Origin: Bryobacteraceae bacterium
Lineage (GTDB): Bacteria > Acidobacteriota > Terriglobia > Bryobacterales > Bryobacteraceae
DNA length: 64,000 bases
Assembly: GCA_052148835.1 (NCBI GenBank)
Contig: JBKQHJ010000244.1
Span: 9,465 to 73,464 of the forward strand
Reading direction: 5' to 3'
The number at the start of each line of letters is the position of its first letter. Positions within the stretch are counted from its first letter, which is position 1. Shown piece by piece: positions 38,153 to 47,743 of this stretch. The translations under genes and the position numbers were made by a program. The notes beneath the pieces were generated by a model. The model did no database searches and was not told where the DNA came from. It saw only the letters and a list, made by a program, of their open reading frames with translations.

Positions 38153-41100
38153 CGAGTACGTCGAATTGCATGCCCGCTCCGCCTTCAGCTTCCTCGAAAG
38201 CTCGTCCGCCCCCGAGGAATTCGTCGCCCGCGCAAAGGCGCTCGACTTCCCCGCCCTCGCTATCCTCGACCGCGACAACATCTCCGGCGCAGCCCGCTTC
38301 CACATGGCCGCGAAAAAAGCCGGACTCCGCGCGCACATCGGCGCCGAAATCACCTGCACCGACGGTCACCGCTACCCGCTGCTGGCCGAAAATCGCACTG
38401 GCTACCAGAACCTCTGCCGGCTGATCACCAGAATGAAAATGCGCGCGAAAAAAGGAGAGGGCGCGGCCGCTCCCGAAGAATTCGCCGAGTTTTCTCAAGG
38501 CCTGGTCTGCCTCGCCTCGCGTCCCGATGCCCGCTTCCTCGATGCATTCGGTCATAAAACTGTTTTTGTCGAACTCCAGCGCCATTACAATCGCGCCGAA
38601 GAAGCGTGCAATCAGGCACTCATCGATTTCGCTCGCACACACCAGCTCCCGCTCATCGCGACCAACGGCGTCAGCCACGCTACGCCCGATTCCCGCGAAG
38701 CACTCGACGTCCTCACCTGCGTCCGCCACAAGACCACCATCCACGAGGCCGGCCGCTTGCTCTCCATCAACTCCGAGCGGCATCTGAAGAACGCGCAAGA
38801 AATGTCGCGGCTCTTTGCCGACCTGCCTGAGGCCATCGCCAACTCTCGCGAGCTTTCCGATCGCCTACAATTCACGCTCGCCGATTTGGGCTATCAATTT
38901 CCTCGTTACCCCGTGCCGCCTGGTGAATGCATGAATTCGTTTCTCCGAAAGCGCGTCGAAGAAGGCGCGATGAATCGCTATCATTCGAAGTCCGTGGATC
39001 TGCGCCGCCGCGCGCGTCATCAGATCGATCGCGAACTCGCGCTTATCGAAAAGCTCGACCTCGCCGGCTATTTCCTGATCGTTTGGGACATTGTCGATTT
39101 CTGCCGCCGCCAAAACATTTTGGTGCAAGGCCGCGGATCGGCCGCCAATAGCGCGGTCTGCTACTCGCTCGGCATCACGGCCATCGATCCGGTCGAAATG
39201 GAACTGCTCTTCGAGCGCTTTCTCTCTGAAGAGCGCGGCGAATGGCCGGATATAGATCTCGATCTTCCGAGCGGCGATCAGCGCGAGCGCGCCATCCAAT
39301 ACGTCTACGAGCGCTATGGCAAGCTCGGCGCCGCCATGACCGCTAACGTCATCACCTATCGCGGCCGGTCCGCTGTGCGTGACATCGGCAAGGTTTTGGG
39401 TTTTCCGGAAACCGATCTCGCACGTATCTCGGCACTGGTTCCGTCATGGGGCTGGACCGACCCAAAAGAAACCGCCGAGCGCCAGTTCACAGAAGCCGGT
39501 TTCTCGCCGCAAAAACATCCGCTGATTGGAAAATTCCTGGATCTCTACATGACCATCCAGGATCTGCCGCGCCACCTGGGCCAGCACTCCGGAGGCATGG
39601 TGATTTGCCAGGGCCAGCTTGATTCCGTCGTTCCCTTAGAACCAGCCACCATGCCCGGCCGCGTCGTCATTCAGTGGGACAAGGAAGATTGCGCCGACAT
39701 GGGAATCGTCAAAGTGGATCTGCTGGGCCTCGGCATGATGGCCGTGCTTGAAGAATCCATCCAGCTCATTCGCACCGCGTACGCCGAAGAAGTGGACCTG
39801 GCGCATCTGCCGCAAGACGACCCGCTGGTTTATCAAGCGCTGCAAAACGCTGACACCATCGGATTGTTCCAGGTAGAGAGCCGCGCGCAGATGTCGTGCC
39901 TGCCGCGCCTTCGGCCTGAGCATTTCTACGACATCGTGGTGCAGGTGGCCATCATCCGGCCGGGACCGATTGTTGGACAAATGCTGAATCCGTTTCTGCG
40001 CCGTCGTCAGGGTCGCGAGCCAGCCGAATGCCTGCATCCATCGCTCGAACCCGTGCTGCGCCGGACATTAGGAGTGCCTCTATTTCAAGAGCAGTTGCTC
40101 CGCATGGCGATGATCGTAGCCGGATTCACTGGCGGCGAAGCCGAAGAGTTGCGCCGCGCCATGGGATTCAAGCGTTCCGAAAAACGCATGCGCGATATCG
40201 AGACGCGCCTGCGCACAGGCATGACCAGCAACGGTATCGTCGGCAAGCAGCAGGACATGATCGTCCAATCCATCACCGCGTTCGCGCTCTATGGCTTTCC
40301 CGAATCGCACGCCGCGAGCTTCGCCCTGATCGCCTATGCCAGCGCGTTCTTGAAATGCCGTTATCTGGCCGCGTTCACCGCAGCGATTTTGAACAATCAA
40401 CCGATGGGTTTCTACGCGCCGGCAACATTGGTGAAGGACGCGCAGCGCCATGGCCTGCATTTCAATCCCATCGATGTCACACGCTCGGATTGGTTGTGCA
40501 CCATCGAAGAGGAAAATGGAGAGCGGCGCGTCCGCTTGGGGCTCAATTACGTCAAAGGACTGCGCGCGCAAGCAGCACAAGCGATCCTAATGGCTCGCGC
40601 GCAAGCGCCGTTTGCGAGCATCCAGGATTTAGTGGATCGCGTTCCAGAGCTTCGCAAAGACGAGCTGCGCAAGTTGAGCGAAATCGGCGCGCTCAATTTC
40701 ATCACTGATTCTCCAACGCATCGCCGCGCCGCGCTCTGGGATTCCGAACTCGCATTACGTCCCACTGGTCCACTGTTCGCCAATAGCCAACAGCCAATAG
40801 CCAATAGCACGCCGCTCGCAGCGATGAGCGCCAGTGAACGCTTGAATTCGGATTTCCGTGGTACTCACCTAACCATCGGCAAACACCCCATGGCGTTTCA
40901 TCGCGAGAAGATGGATGCGCTCGGCGTCACTCCCGCGGCTCAGTTGAAGTTCGTGCGCAACGGCCACCAGGTTCGTACAGCCGGCTGCATCATCTGCCGG
41001 CAGCGCCCCGGCACCGCCAAAGGATTATTGTTCCTGAGCATCGAAGACGAAACCGGCGTCTCCAATGCCGTAGTGATGCCCGACGTCTTCGATCGCGAGC

Positions 41101-41240
41101 GCAAAACCATCCTCAACAATTCGTATCTGGTGATCGATGGCGAGATGCAAAACATCGATAACGTCTACACCGTGCGGGCCGAGCATTTCGAGCCGCTGCA
41201 CGTGGCCGAGGAGGCCGTGCCATCGCACGATTTTCACTAA
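38145..41240 (+). CDS. dnaE2: error-prone DNA polymerase III alpha-like subunit DnaE2
   Basis: The start was set at ATG 38145 (MTSEYVELHARSAFSFLE, PHP domain). The Pol IIIalpha core and a C-terminal OB-fold region follow. About 1031 aa. Confidence 0.94.
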   Translation: MTSEYVELHARSAFSFLESSSAPEEFVARAKALDFPALAILDRDNISGAARFHMAAKKAGLRAHIGAEITCTDGHRYPLLAENRTGYQNLCRLITRMKMRAKKGEGAAAPEEFAEFSQGLVCLASRPDARFLDAFGHKTVFVELQRHYNRAEEACNQALIDFARTHQLPLIATNGVSHATPDSREALDVLTCVRHKTTIHEAGRLLSINSERHLKNAQEMSRLFADLPEAIANSRELSDRLQFTLADLGYQFPRYPVPPGECMNSFLRKRVEEGAMNRYHSKSVDLRRRARHQIDRELALIEKLDLAGYFLIVWDIVDFCRRQNILVQGRGSAANSAVCYSLGITAIDPVEMELLFERFLSEERGEWPDIDLDLPSGDQRERAIQYVYERYGKLGAAMTANVITYRGRSAVRDIGKVLGFPETDLARISALVPSWGWTDPKETAERQFTEAGFSPQKHPLIGKFLDLYMTIQDLPRHLGQHSGGMVICQGQLDSVVPLEPATMPGRVVIQWDKEDCADMGIVKVDLLGLGMMAVLEESIQLIRTAYAEEVDLAHLPQDDPLVYQALQNADTIGLFQVESRAQMSCLPRLRPEHFYDIVVQVAIIRPGPIVGQMLNPFLRRRQGREPAECLHPSLEPVLRRTLGVPLFQEQLLRMAMIVAGFTGGEAEELRRAMGFKRSEKRMRDIETRLRTGMTSNGIVGKQQDMIVQSITAFALYGFPESHAASFALIAYASAFLKCRYLAAFTAAILNNQPMGFYAPATLVKDAQRHGLHFNPIDVTRSDWLCTIEEENGERRVRLGLNYVKGLRAQAAQAILMARAQAPFASIQDLVDRVPELRKDELRKLSEIGALNFITDSPTHRRAALWDSELALRPTGPLFANSQQPIANSTPLAAMSASERLNSDFRGTHLTIGKHPMAFHREKMDALGVTPAAQLKFVRNGHQVRTAGCIICRQRPGTAKGLLFLSIEDETGVSNAVVMPDVFDRERKTILNNSYLVIDGEMQNIDNVYTVRAEHFEPLHVAEEAVPSHDFH
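40780..40807. repeat. heptanucleotide tandem repeat (CCAATAG CCAACAG CCAATAG CCAATAG) inside dnaE2
   Basis: Four 7-nt units read directly. Translated in frame as ANSQQPIANS. Confidence 0.85.
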
Positions 41241-42217
41241 TAAAGGCCCATTCGTTCTTTTACCAATTGAACGGTGGACTTTGCGATCGGCGACACTCGC
41301 TCCGCGCCTTCTTTCAAGATCCCGGTCAAGTAGCCCGGCTCGTCCATGATCTCGGCGTAACGCTTCTGAAAAGGCTCCAGATGCGACACCACAATTTCGG
41401 CCACCTTTTTCTTCAGATCGCCATAACGCAGACCGTTGAACTCCGCGCGCGCCTGCTCCGGCCCCCAGCCCATGAAGCCTTTGCTGATGTCGATCAGATT
41501 GAGAACTCCCGCGCCGAGATTCTCAAAATCCACGGCAGGCTGAGAATCCGTCGTTGCGCGCATAATTTTCTTTCGTGCAACCTCAGGAGCATCGAGCAAA
41601 GCGATGGCATGGCCGGAACCAGCTGCCGACTTGCTCATCTTCTTCGTTGGATCGTCCAATCCCATGACTCGCGCGCCTGCGAGTGGAAGACTGGTGCCTG
41701 GCATAACGAATGTGTCGCCATACAGGGAATTGAACCGCTGCGCGATATCCCGGGCCAGTTCAAGATGCTGTGCTTGGTCTTCACCAACAGGAACGACGGC
41801 GGCTTGGTAAAGCAAAATGTCGGCCGCCATCAAGACCGGATACTGGAGCAGGCCATCGCCGATGGTTTCCTGTTCCTGCGACTTCGCTTTGTATTGCGTC
41901 ATCCGTTCCAACCAGCCAACCGGTGTGACGCAAGTCAGCATCCATGCGAGTTCGGCGTGCTCGGGCACCGAAGATTGCACCATGATGGTCGACTGCTTCG
42001 GATCGATGCCCGCCGCCAAAAACAGCGCCGCTGTTTCCAGGATCTTGGCCCGCAATTCACCCGGCTCCTGATAAATGGTGATGGCGTGCAAATCGACAAT
42101 GCCGAAGATGCTTTCGTAGTTGCCTTGGATTTCAACCCAGTTCTTCAATGCTCCCAGGTAATTTCCAATATGCAGATTGCCGGTCGGCTGGACGCCGGAG
42201 AAGACGCGTGCTTTCAT
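41237..42217 (-). CDS. trpS: tryptophan--tRNA ligase
   Basis: The start was set at ATG 42217 (MKARVFSGVQPTGNLHIGNYLGA, HIGH-type motif). KMSKS is present. Confidence 0.95.
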   Translation of the reverse strand: MKARVFSGVQPTGNLHIGNYLGALKNWVEIQGNYESIFGIVDLHAITIYQEPGELRAKILETAALFLAAGIDPKQSTIMVQSSVPEHAELAWMLTCVTPVGWLERMTQYKAKSQEQETIGDGLLQYPVLMAADILLYQAAVVPVGEDQAQHLELARDIAQRFNSLYGDTFVMPGTSLPLAGARVMGLDDPTKKMSKSAAGSGHAIALLDAPEVARKKIMRATTDSQPAVDFENLGAGVLNLIDISKGFMGWGPEQARAEFNGLRYGDLKKKVAEIVVSHLEPFQKRYAEIMDEPGYLTGILKEGAERVSPIAKSTVQLVKERMGLY

Positions 42218-42241
42218 GTTTGATCTTTTGGGTGAACATCC

Positions 42242-43390
42242 ATGGTACCCTTTCGCTTGCCCACTCAAGAAACACTCACGATCGAGAAGCTGGTCTACGG
42301 CGGCGAGGGCCTGGCGCGGCTGGAAGGCAAAGTGGTGCTCACGCCGTTCGTGCTGCCGGGCGAAGTAGTGCGCGCTGAAATCGATCGGGCCAAGAACGAT
42401 TTGTGGCGTGGCCGATTGATCGAAGTGCTGCAGCCGTCGCCTTCACGCGTAACGCCGGGCTGCCCCTATTTCCAGCGCTGTGGCGGCTGCCAATATCAGC
42501 ACATGGACTACGCGTTTCAGGTTGAACAGAAGCGCGCGATTCTGCGCGAGGTATTGCAGCGTGTGGGCAAGATCGAATTCGCGGGCGAGATCGAAACGAT
42601 TTCCGGCGAGCCGTGGCAGTATCGCAATCGCGTGCAGTTGCACATCCAAGAGGGGGCAGTTGGCTATTTTAGCCAGCATTCACGCGATCTTTGCGCGATC
42701 GATCATTGTCCAATTGCTTCCCCGAAGCTCAATGAAATCGTTGCCGCCCTCCATGCTCCCCAAGCCAGCACAGCCTTGGAGCTTTTCACCAATGAAACAG
42801 ATGTACAGGTGAATGTTCTGGATCGTGTTCCGCGGTCCGCGCTGAACGCACTGGCATCGCTCGGAGTAACCACGCCGATCGAGTACAACGGATTCCAAGT
42901 CAGCCGCAACTCGTTCTTTCAGGTGAATCGATTCTTGATTGACAGACTAGTTGAATGCGCGGTCCAAGGAGTCCAAGGCGCATGGGCCGTCGAGCTCTAC
43001 GCGGGTGTGGGACTCTTCTCGGTGAAGCTCGCCGAGCGCTTCGGGAAGGTTACCGCAGTGGAATCGGGAGCCAGCAGCTTTCGCGACCTCGCGCACAATT
43101 TCGCGAAAGAACCCGTGAACTCCAGCGCCGAAGATTACTTGACCGGGCTCGAAGAAAAGCCGGATTTTATCCTGGCCGATCCGCCGCGCACCGGGTTGGG
43201 CAAACAAATTGTCAGAGAACTGGCGCGGATTCGGGCACCGCGGTTGACCATCGTTTCCTGCGATCCAGCCACGCTGGCGCGCGACTTACACGGACTGATC
43301 GCCGAAAACTACCGCATCGAAAAGATCACGCTGGTCGATTTGTTCCCCCAAACATTCCACCTTGAAACTGTCGTGGAACTTTCCGCATAA
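42242..43390 (+). CDS. TRAM-domain RNA (uracil-C5)-methyltransferase, RlmD/TrmA family
   Basis: N-terminal TRAM-like domain, a 4-Cys cluster (CPYFQRCGGCQYQH), SAM motifs and C-terminal ...DLFPQTFHLETVVEL. Confidence 0.85.
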   Translation: MVPFRLPTQETLTIEKLVYGGEGLARLEGKVVLTPFVLPGEVVRAEIDRAKNDLWRGRLIEVLQPSPSRVTPGCPYFQRCGGCQYQHMDYAFQVEQKRAILREVLQRVGKIEFAGEIETISGEPWQYRNRVQLHIQEGAVGYFSQHSRDLCAIDHCPIASPKLNEIVAALHAPQASTALELFTNETDVQVNVLDRVPRSALNALASLGVTTPIEYNGFQVSRNSFFQVNRFLIDRLVECAVQGVQGAWAVELYAGVGLFSVKLAERFGKVTAVESGASSFRDLAHNFAKEPVNSSAEDYLTGLEEKPDFILADPPRTGLGKQIVRELARIRAPRLTIVSCDPATLARDLHGLIAENYRIEKITLVDLFPQTFHLETVVELSA

Positions 43391-45830
43391 GCAGTTCGGC
43401 CAGATTCAGTGCAATCGCCAGGCCCAGCAGAATGGGCCAAAGCCGCAGAGTAGAGGACTGCGACCGTCCGCCTGAATCGAATACCTGTTTGGGCTCCGGA
43501 TTAAATCGCCCGCCGGTGTATTGCGCCACCGATCGCAGCAGGAATTCATTGGATCCGTAATCCAGCAGCTCTTGCTCGGGCTGATAAAAGCCGACTTCGG
43601 GAAAAGCGCGGGATTCCTCCAGCGGCCGGATACGGAACAGGCCCTGCAAGTCGCCGATGTGAATGGTGCCGCGATACGATTTCGCGCCGAGCTTGGTAAT
43701 CGGCACCGGATGCTTGAAACCGTTGGGACCGAGCACGAAGATTTCGGGTAGTTTCGAGAGATCCTCGGCATCGGCGCCGAGATGATAGTTCACAACCAGG
43801 TCGCCACTCGCGCTGTCGTACTCGGCCTTAGCCTCGCCGCTTTCGGCGTGCGGGAGAAGATCGCGGAAGGTGTTGGTCCACAATTTGTCGAAGCCCTTCC
43901 ACGTCACCCAGTCGGCCGCCCAGCGGCTCTTGGCATCCGAAGTAAACACGTCGGCGCGTCCCAAGCCGTACTGCCAGCGAACCAGGAGCGGATCTTCTTC
44001 GTCAACCTTAAGGATCGTGTCGGCGGTCGGCTTGCTGATGAATCGTACATAGCCCTTCAGCGCCGGCGCGGTGTCGATGGCAACGCCATCCAGGATCTCG
44101 GCGTTCTTTGCGACGAACGGGTGCAACGGCTTTTCGACCGCAGTGGAACCGGTGTGTTCCATGACGTCCTTGAGGACGATTTGCGCGAGTCCAGCGGGCT
44201 CATTCAAGAAATACGATTTCCCGCCGGCGATGGAAGCGACCTTCTCCAGATACGCACGGTTCACGTCCTGGCCGAGCCCAACAGTGGATATGGTGACGTG
44301 CTGCGTGGCCGCTTCTTTGGAAAGATCAAGACTGTCTCCCTCTTCCGAGATGCCATCGGTAAGCAAGACGATGTGCTTAAACGTAGCGTGCGCTGGAAGC
44401 ACTTTGCGATATGCTTCGGCCAGCGCGGGCGCGATCTGTGTACCGCCATCCGGAATAATTCCGGAAATCAGGCGCTTTATTAGAACCTTGTCCTCAGCGC
44501 GGCGAATGGGCACATCCCATTGGAACGAGTTGTCGAAAATCAGTACGCCGACTAAATCGATGGGACGAAGATTTTCCACCACGCCGATGGCGGCCTGGCG
44601 CGCCAGGTCGATTTTCTTTCCTTCCATGGAGGAGGATTTGTCGATGATGAGTACGACGGCGGTGCCTTCGGGCGATCGCGGAGGGGCGATCTTCGCCGGC
44701 AAAGTGCGGTCCAGCGCATCTTCCACCGTTTTGTTTTCGGCGTAGACGTTGCGCTCGCCCGCGATCACCAACAGCCCGCCGCCTTGCTGGACGAATTTCT
44801 CGATCTCGTCTTTTCGAGTGGCGGGCAAAGATTCTAAATCGATGTTGTTCAAGACAACCAACTGATAATCCGCAAAAATCCCGTGGCCGGGATCGGCGGT
44901 ACGATCGACATCGAATTGAGCGGCGGACAAAGTCTCGAGCAGGTGCGTTTCCGAGCCAGGGGGATCTTGCGAGATGTAGAGAACCTTGGGACGGCGCAGC
45001 GTGACAGCGCGATCGAAGCGTATTTCGCCGAGTCCGTTCGCTTGGATCACCCCAGCGAGGGTCAATGCACCGGCGGCCGTCAGACTGGCGTGAACTCGAA
45101 CCTGATTGTCGCCCTTTTCGAGCTTCACGGGATTCGATCCGAGGACTTTTCCCTCGGCGCTGATTTCGACCGAGCCCGAGACCGCGGACGGCGAGGCAAT
45201 GCTCAGATCCACGGGAAACTGTTCGCCGGTGAACGCGACAGTGGGCACGGTAACCGATTCGAGGCGCAAGGTGGGCTGAGGCCGGCCCGCGAGAGCGACA
45301 GTGTCGATCGGAATACCGAGGCGCCGCGCCTGCCAGGCGGCGCGAGTGATGCTGCCTGCGTTCTCCTTACCATCGGAGACGAGCACGATTCTGGGCACCA
45401 AGCCGGATGGAAGAGAGCTGATGGCTTCTTCGACGCCGGTTTCGAGATCGGTGGCGCGTCCAGGTTCGCCGGCGGTAGGTTCCAGATGCAAGCCGCGCTG
45501 CTCAGCCGAAGCAAGGTCGCGAACGGAACGGGCAAACGGAAGAACACGCACCAAATGCCGGCCGCGCGCTTTGTCGAGGGCCGCGGCGAATTGCGATGCG
45601 CGGGTCAGGTCCTGAGGCGAGACGCTGGACGATGTATCCACAAGAACAGCCACGGCCATTTTTGTTTGAGGGACGGTGAGCGTGGGTTCGGCCAGAGCCA
45701 GCACAATGGCCAGAAACGCCAGCGTCTTTAGAACAAGGGCGGTGATGCGCCGTGTCCGCCGCCACTCAAAAACCATCCAGCCCAGCGGTAGGAGGAGGAA
45801 GATGAGAACCCAAGCTCGCTCGAAGGTCAT
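43326..45830 (-). CDS. large membrane-anchored vWA-domain protein (BatB/C-like with additional domains)
   Basis: The start was set at ATG 45830 (ATGA overlap with the upstream stop). N-terminal TM segments, a vWA segment with MIDAS DKSSSM...TDG and a C-terminal TM helix. Confidence 0.75.
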   Translation of the reverse strand: MTFERAWVLIFLLLPLGWMVFEWRRTRRITALVLKTLAFLAIVLALAEPTLTVPQTKMAVAVLVDTSSSVSPQDLTRASQFAAALDKARGRHLVRVLPFARSVRDLASAEQRGLHLEPTAGEPGRATDLETGVEEAISSLPSGLVPRIVLVSDGKENAGSITRAAWQARRLGIPIDTVALAGRPQPTLRLESVTVPTVAFTGEQFPVDLSIASPSAVSGSVEISAEGKVLGSNPVKLEKGDNQVRVHASLTAAGALTLAGVIQANGLGEIRFDRAVTLRRPKVLYISQDPPGSETHLLETLSAAQFDVDRTADPGHGIFADYQLVVLNNIDLESLPATRKDEIEKFVQQGGGLLVIAGERNVYAENKTVEDALDRTLPAKIAPPRSPEGTAVVLIIDKSSSMEGKKIDLARQAAIGVVENLRPIDLVGVLIFDNSFQWDVPIRRAEDKVLIKRLISGIIPDGGTQIAPALAEAYRKVLPAHATFKHIVLLTDGISEEGDSLDLSKEAATQHVTISTVGLGQDVNRAYLEKVASIAGGKSYFLNEPAGLAQIVLKDVMEHTGSTAVEKPLHPFVAKNAEILDGVAIDTAPALKGYVRFISKPTADTILKVDEEDPLLVRWQYGLGRADVFTSDAKSRWAADWVTWKGFDKLWTNTFRDLLPHAESGEAKAEYDSASGDLVVNYHLGADAEDLSKLPEIFVLGPNGFKHPVPITKLGAKSYRGTIHIGDLQGLFRIRPLEESRAFPEVGFYQPEQELLDYGSNEFLLRSVAQYTGGRFNPEPKQVFDSGGRSQSSTLRLWPILLGLAIALNLAELLMRKVPRQFQGGMFGGTNRPA

Positions 45831-47737
45831 GAGGCTTTCCTCCAGCCTTCGAATGGCGTGGCACCCTGGGCCGCGCGAATGCGGCGATCCATGCGGCCGT
45901 AGAGAATCCAGTCGGCGAGCAGACCGGCAGCACCAGCGAGCGCGAGCCAGTGCCAAAGATCACGCGAAGTTGGTCCGATGGGCGCGCGAGGCGGCAAGCC
46001 GATTTTGACGTTAGAAGGCTGCCAGACGGTGTCGCCGGGTTGCGGAAGAGTGAGCGAGTAAACCAGCTCGCGATCGCCGGTGAGCACTCGCACTACTCCG
46101 GGTGTGCCGGCGAAAAACCGGAGACTCTTGCCTTGCACGGTGAAAGGCAGCGGCTGGCCGTCTTCGGTTTGGACGCGTAGGGTCTGGGCGCGAGGCGAAT
46201 TGGGATCGATTTCCGATTCCAGTTCGACATCCACCGTACCCACGGTGCCGGCCGTCAGCTCCCAAGAGCGAAAAGCATCGGGCGCCATCCAGCGAATAAT
46301 GTTCGCAAACAGAAGCGGCGTGGTGAGCTGGTATTTCATCGCAGACCGGACGGGGTGAAAACCGAGCACGACCATCTTCGGATTACCAGGCCGGGCGACG
46401 ATTAATGGCCCGGCATCGGATAGCGCAACCACGATGTCGCCAGGAGCGGGAGCGAAGATCTGGGCGCTGGTGAGTTGGATGTCTCGCGCGCGCAGACCGG
46501 CTCCCAACGGATGATCCACCTGCCACTGATTCAGCTTGACGCTCTGCTCGGTGCCGCGCACCGGAATGGGGGACTTATCCACGGGCGGCTGGAGCCAAAT
46601 AGTCTGATCGGCGGGCGGCGACGATGGCGCAAAATGGTCCAGCAGAACAATGCCGCCGTGAGCGTCGGGCTTGTAACTCGAAACGGGAAGAAAGCTGGCT
46701 TGGATGCCAGGAATGGCGGTGAAGATGGGCCGCAGAAGATCGGGCTCGCCCGAATAAATGGTGACCGGCAAGGCGCCGCGCGGCGGCAATTCGAGAACGG
46801 CTCGGCTATCCTGGCGGAACGCGTCTTGACTGGCTAGCCGCGCTTCCAACCATCCAGCGGCGCGCGTGTGGAAGCGAAAGTTCGCGTCTTCTTCGGAGGC
46901 TGGTTTCAACTCGAAGCGATGAGTGGCGACCGGGGATCCGCCGAACGCGACGGTTAATGGGACGGAACGAGCCTCGGTCCCATAGTTCTTAGCGGCGACG
47001 AAGACTTCCCAGGCATCGGGATCGTCCATGGCGCGATGCACGCTCACTTTTCGCAATCCGACGTGCTCGGTAGGGCCGTTGATCGCGATCCAGCGGAAAT
47101 TCGAAGGCGCATTCAGCCGCTCGGCCTGCTCGGCGGGGACGCGGCCGGCTCCCACAAAAACGATCTCACCGGGGCGCTGCGCCTGCACTTTCTGGGCTTG
47201 GGCCGCGAAATCGAGAGCTTGCTGAAGATTCAGAGGTGCGGCGCTGGGCTGGGTCTGATCGATGGCGAGGTGAAGTTTCTTGCGGTCCGATTCGAAGAGC
47301 AAAACGGGCGTGGCCAGGACGTCGGCACGAACCACCATGACGCGATCGGCGGGCGGAAGAGCATTCACATAGTTGTCGGCGGCCAGGCGCGCTCGATCGA
47401 TGAGACGGGTTTGGCCGAAACGGGCGGCCATCCAGGCAGAAGTATCGAGAATCAGAACGTGGTCGCGCGAGTAGCGCGCCGGAGAACCAAGGCGAAGCTG
47501 GGCGATGGCCAGAAGCAACAGCAGCAAACTGATCAATTGCAGCAGCAGGGACCAAGGCTGCTGCAATTTGCGCCGGTGCTGGAGTACGGGCGGCTTCTCG
47601 GTGGCGGCGAAGAACCGCAGAGTCGCTACGGTATGGCGCTTTCGGACGCGATCGAGCAAATACAAAGCCACGACGAGGCCCGAGAGCGATCCGAGAATCG
47701 CCAGAAATTCGGGTAGAGAGAGATTGAGGAAGAACAT
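45827..47737 (-). CDS. BatA-type (aerotolerance-regulator N-terminal domain) membrane protein
   Basis: The N-terminus MFFLNLSLPEFLAILGSLSGLVVALYLLDRVRKRHTVATLRFF matches the BatA_N pattern. 636 aa. Confidence 0.7.
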   Translation of the reverse strand: MFFLNLSLPEFLAILGSLSGLVVALYLLDRVRKRHTVATLRFFAATEKPPVLQHRRKLQQPWSLLLQLISLLLLLLAIAQLRLGSPARYSRDHVLILDTSAWMAARFGQTRLIDRARLAADNYVNALPPADRVMVVRADVLATPVLLFESDRKKLHLAIDQTQPSAAPLNLQQALDFAAQAQKVQAQRPGEIVFVGAGRVPAEQAERLNAPSNFRWIAINGPTEHVGLRKVSVHRAMDDPDAWEVFVAAKNYGTEARSVPLTVAFGGSPVATHRFELKPASEEDANFRFHTRAAGWLEARLASQDAFRQDSRAVLELPPRGALPVTIYSGEPDLLRPIFTAIPGIQASFLPVSSYKPDAHGGIVLLDHFAPSSPPADQTIWLQPPVDKSPIPVRGTEQSVKLNQWQVDHPLGAGLRARDIQLTSAQIFAPAPGDIVVALSDAGPLIVARPGNPKMVVLGFHPVRSAMKYQLTTPLLFANIIRWMAPDAFRSWELTAGTVGTVDVELESEIDPNSPRAQTLRVQTEDGQPLPFTVQGKSLRFFAGTPGVVRVLTGDRELVYSLTLPQPGDTVWQPSNVKIGLPPRAPIGPTSRDLWHWLALAGAAGLLADWILYGRMDRRIRAAQGATPFEGWRKAS

Positions 47738-47743
47738 CGTGAC

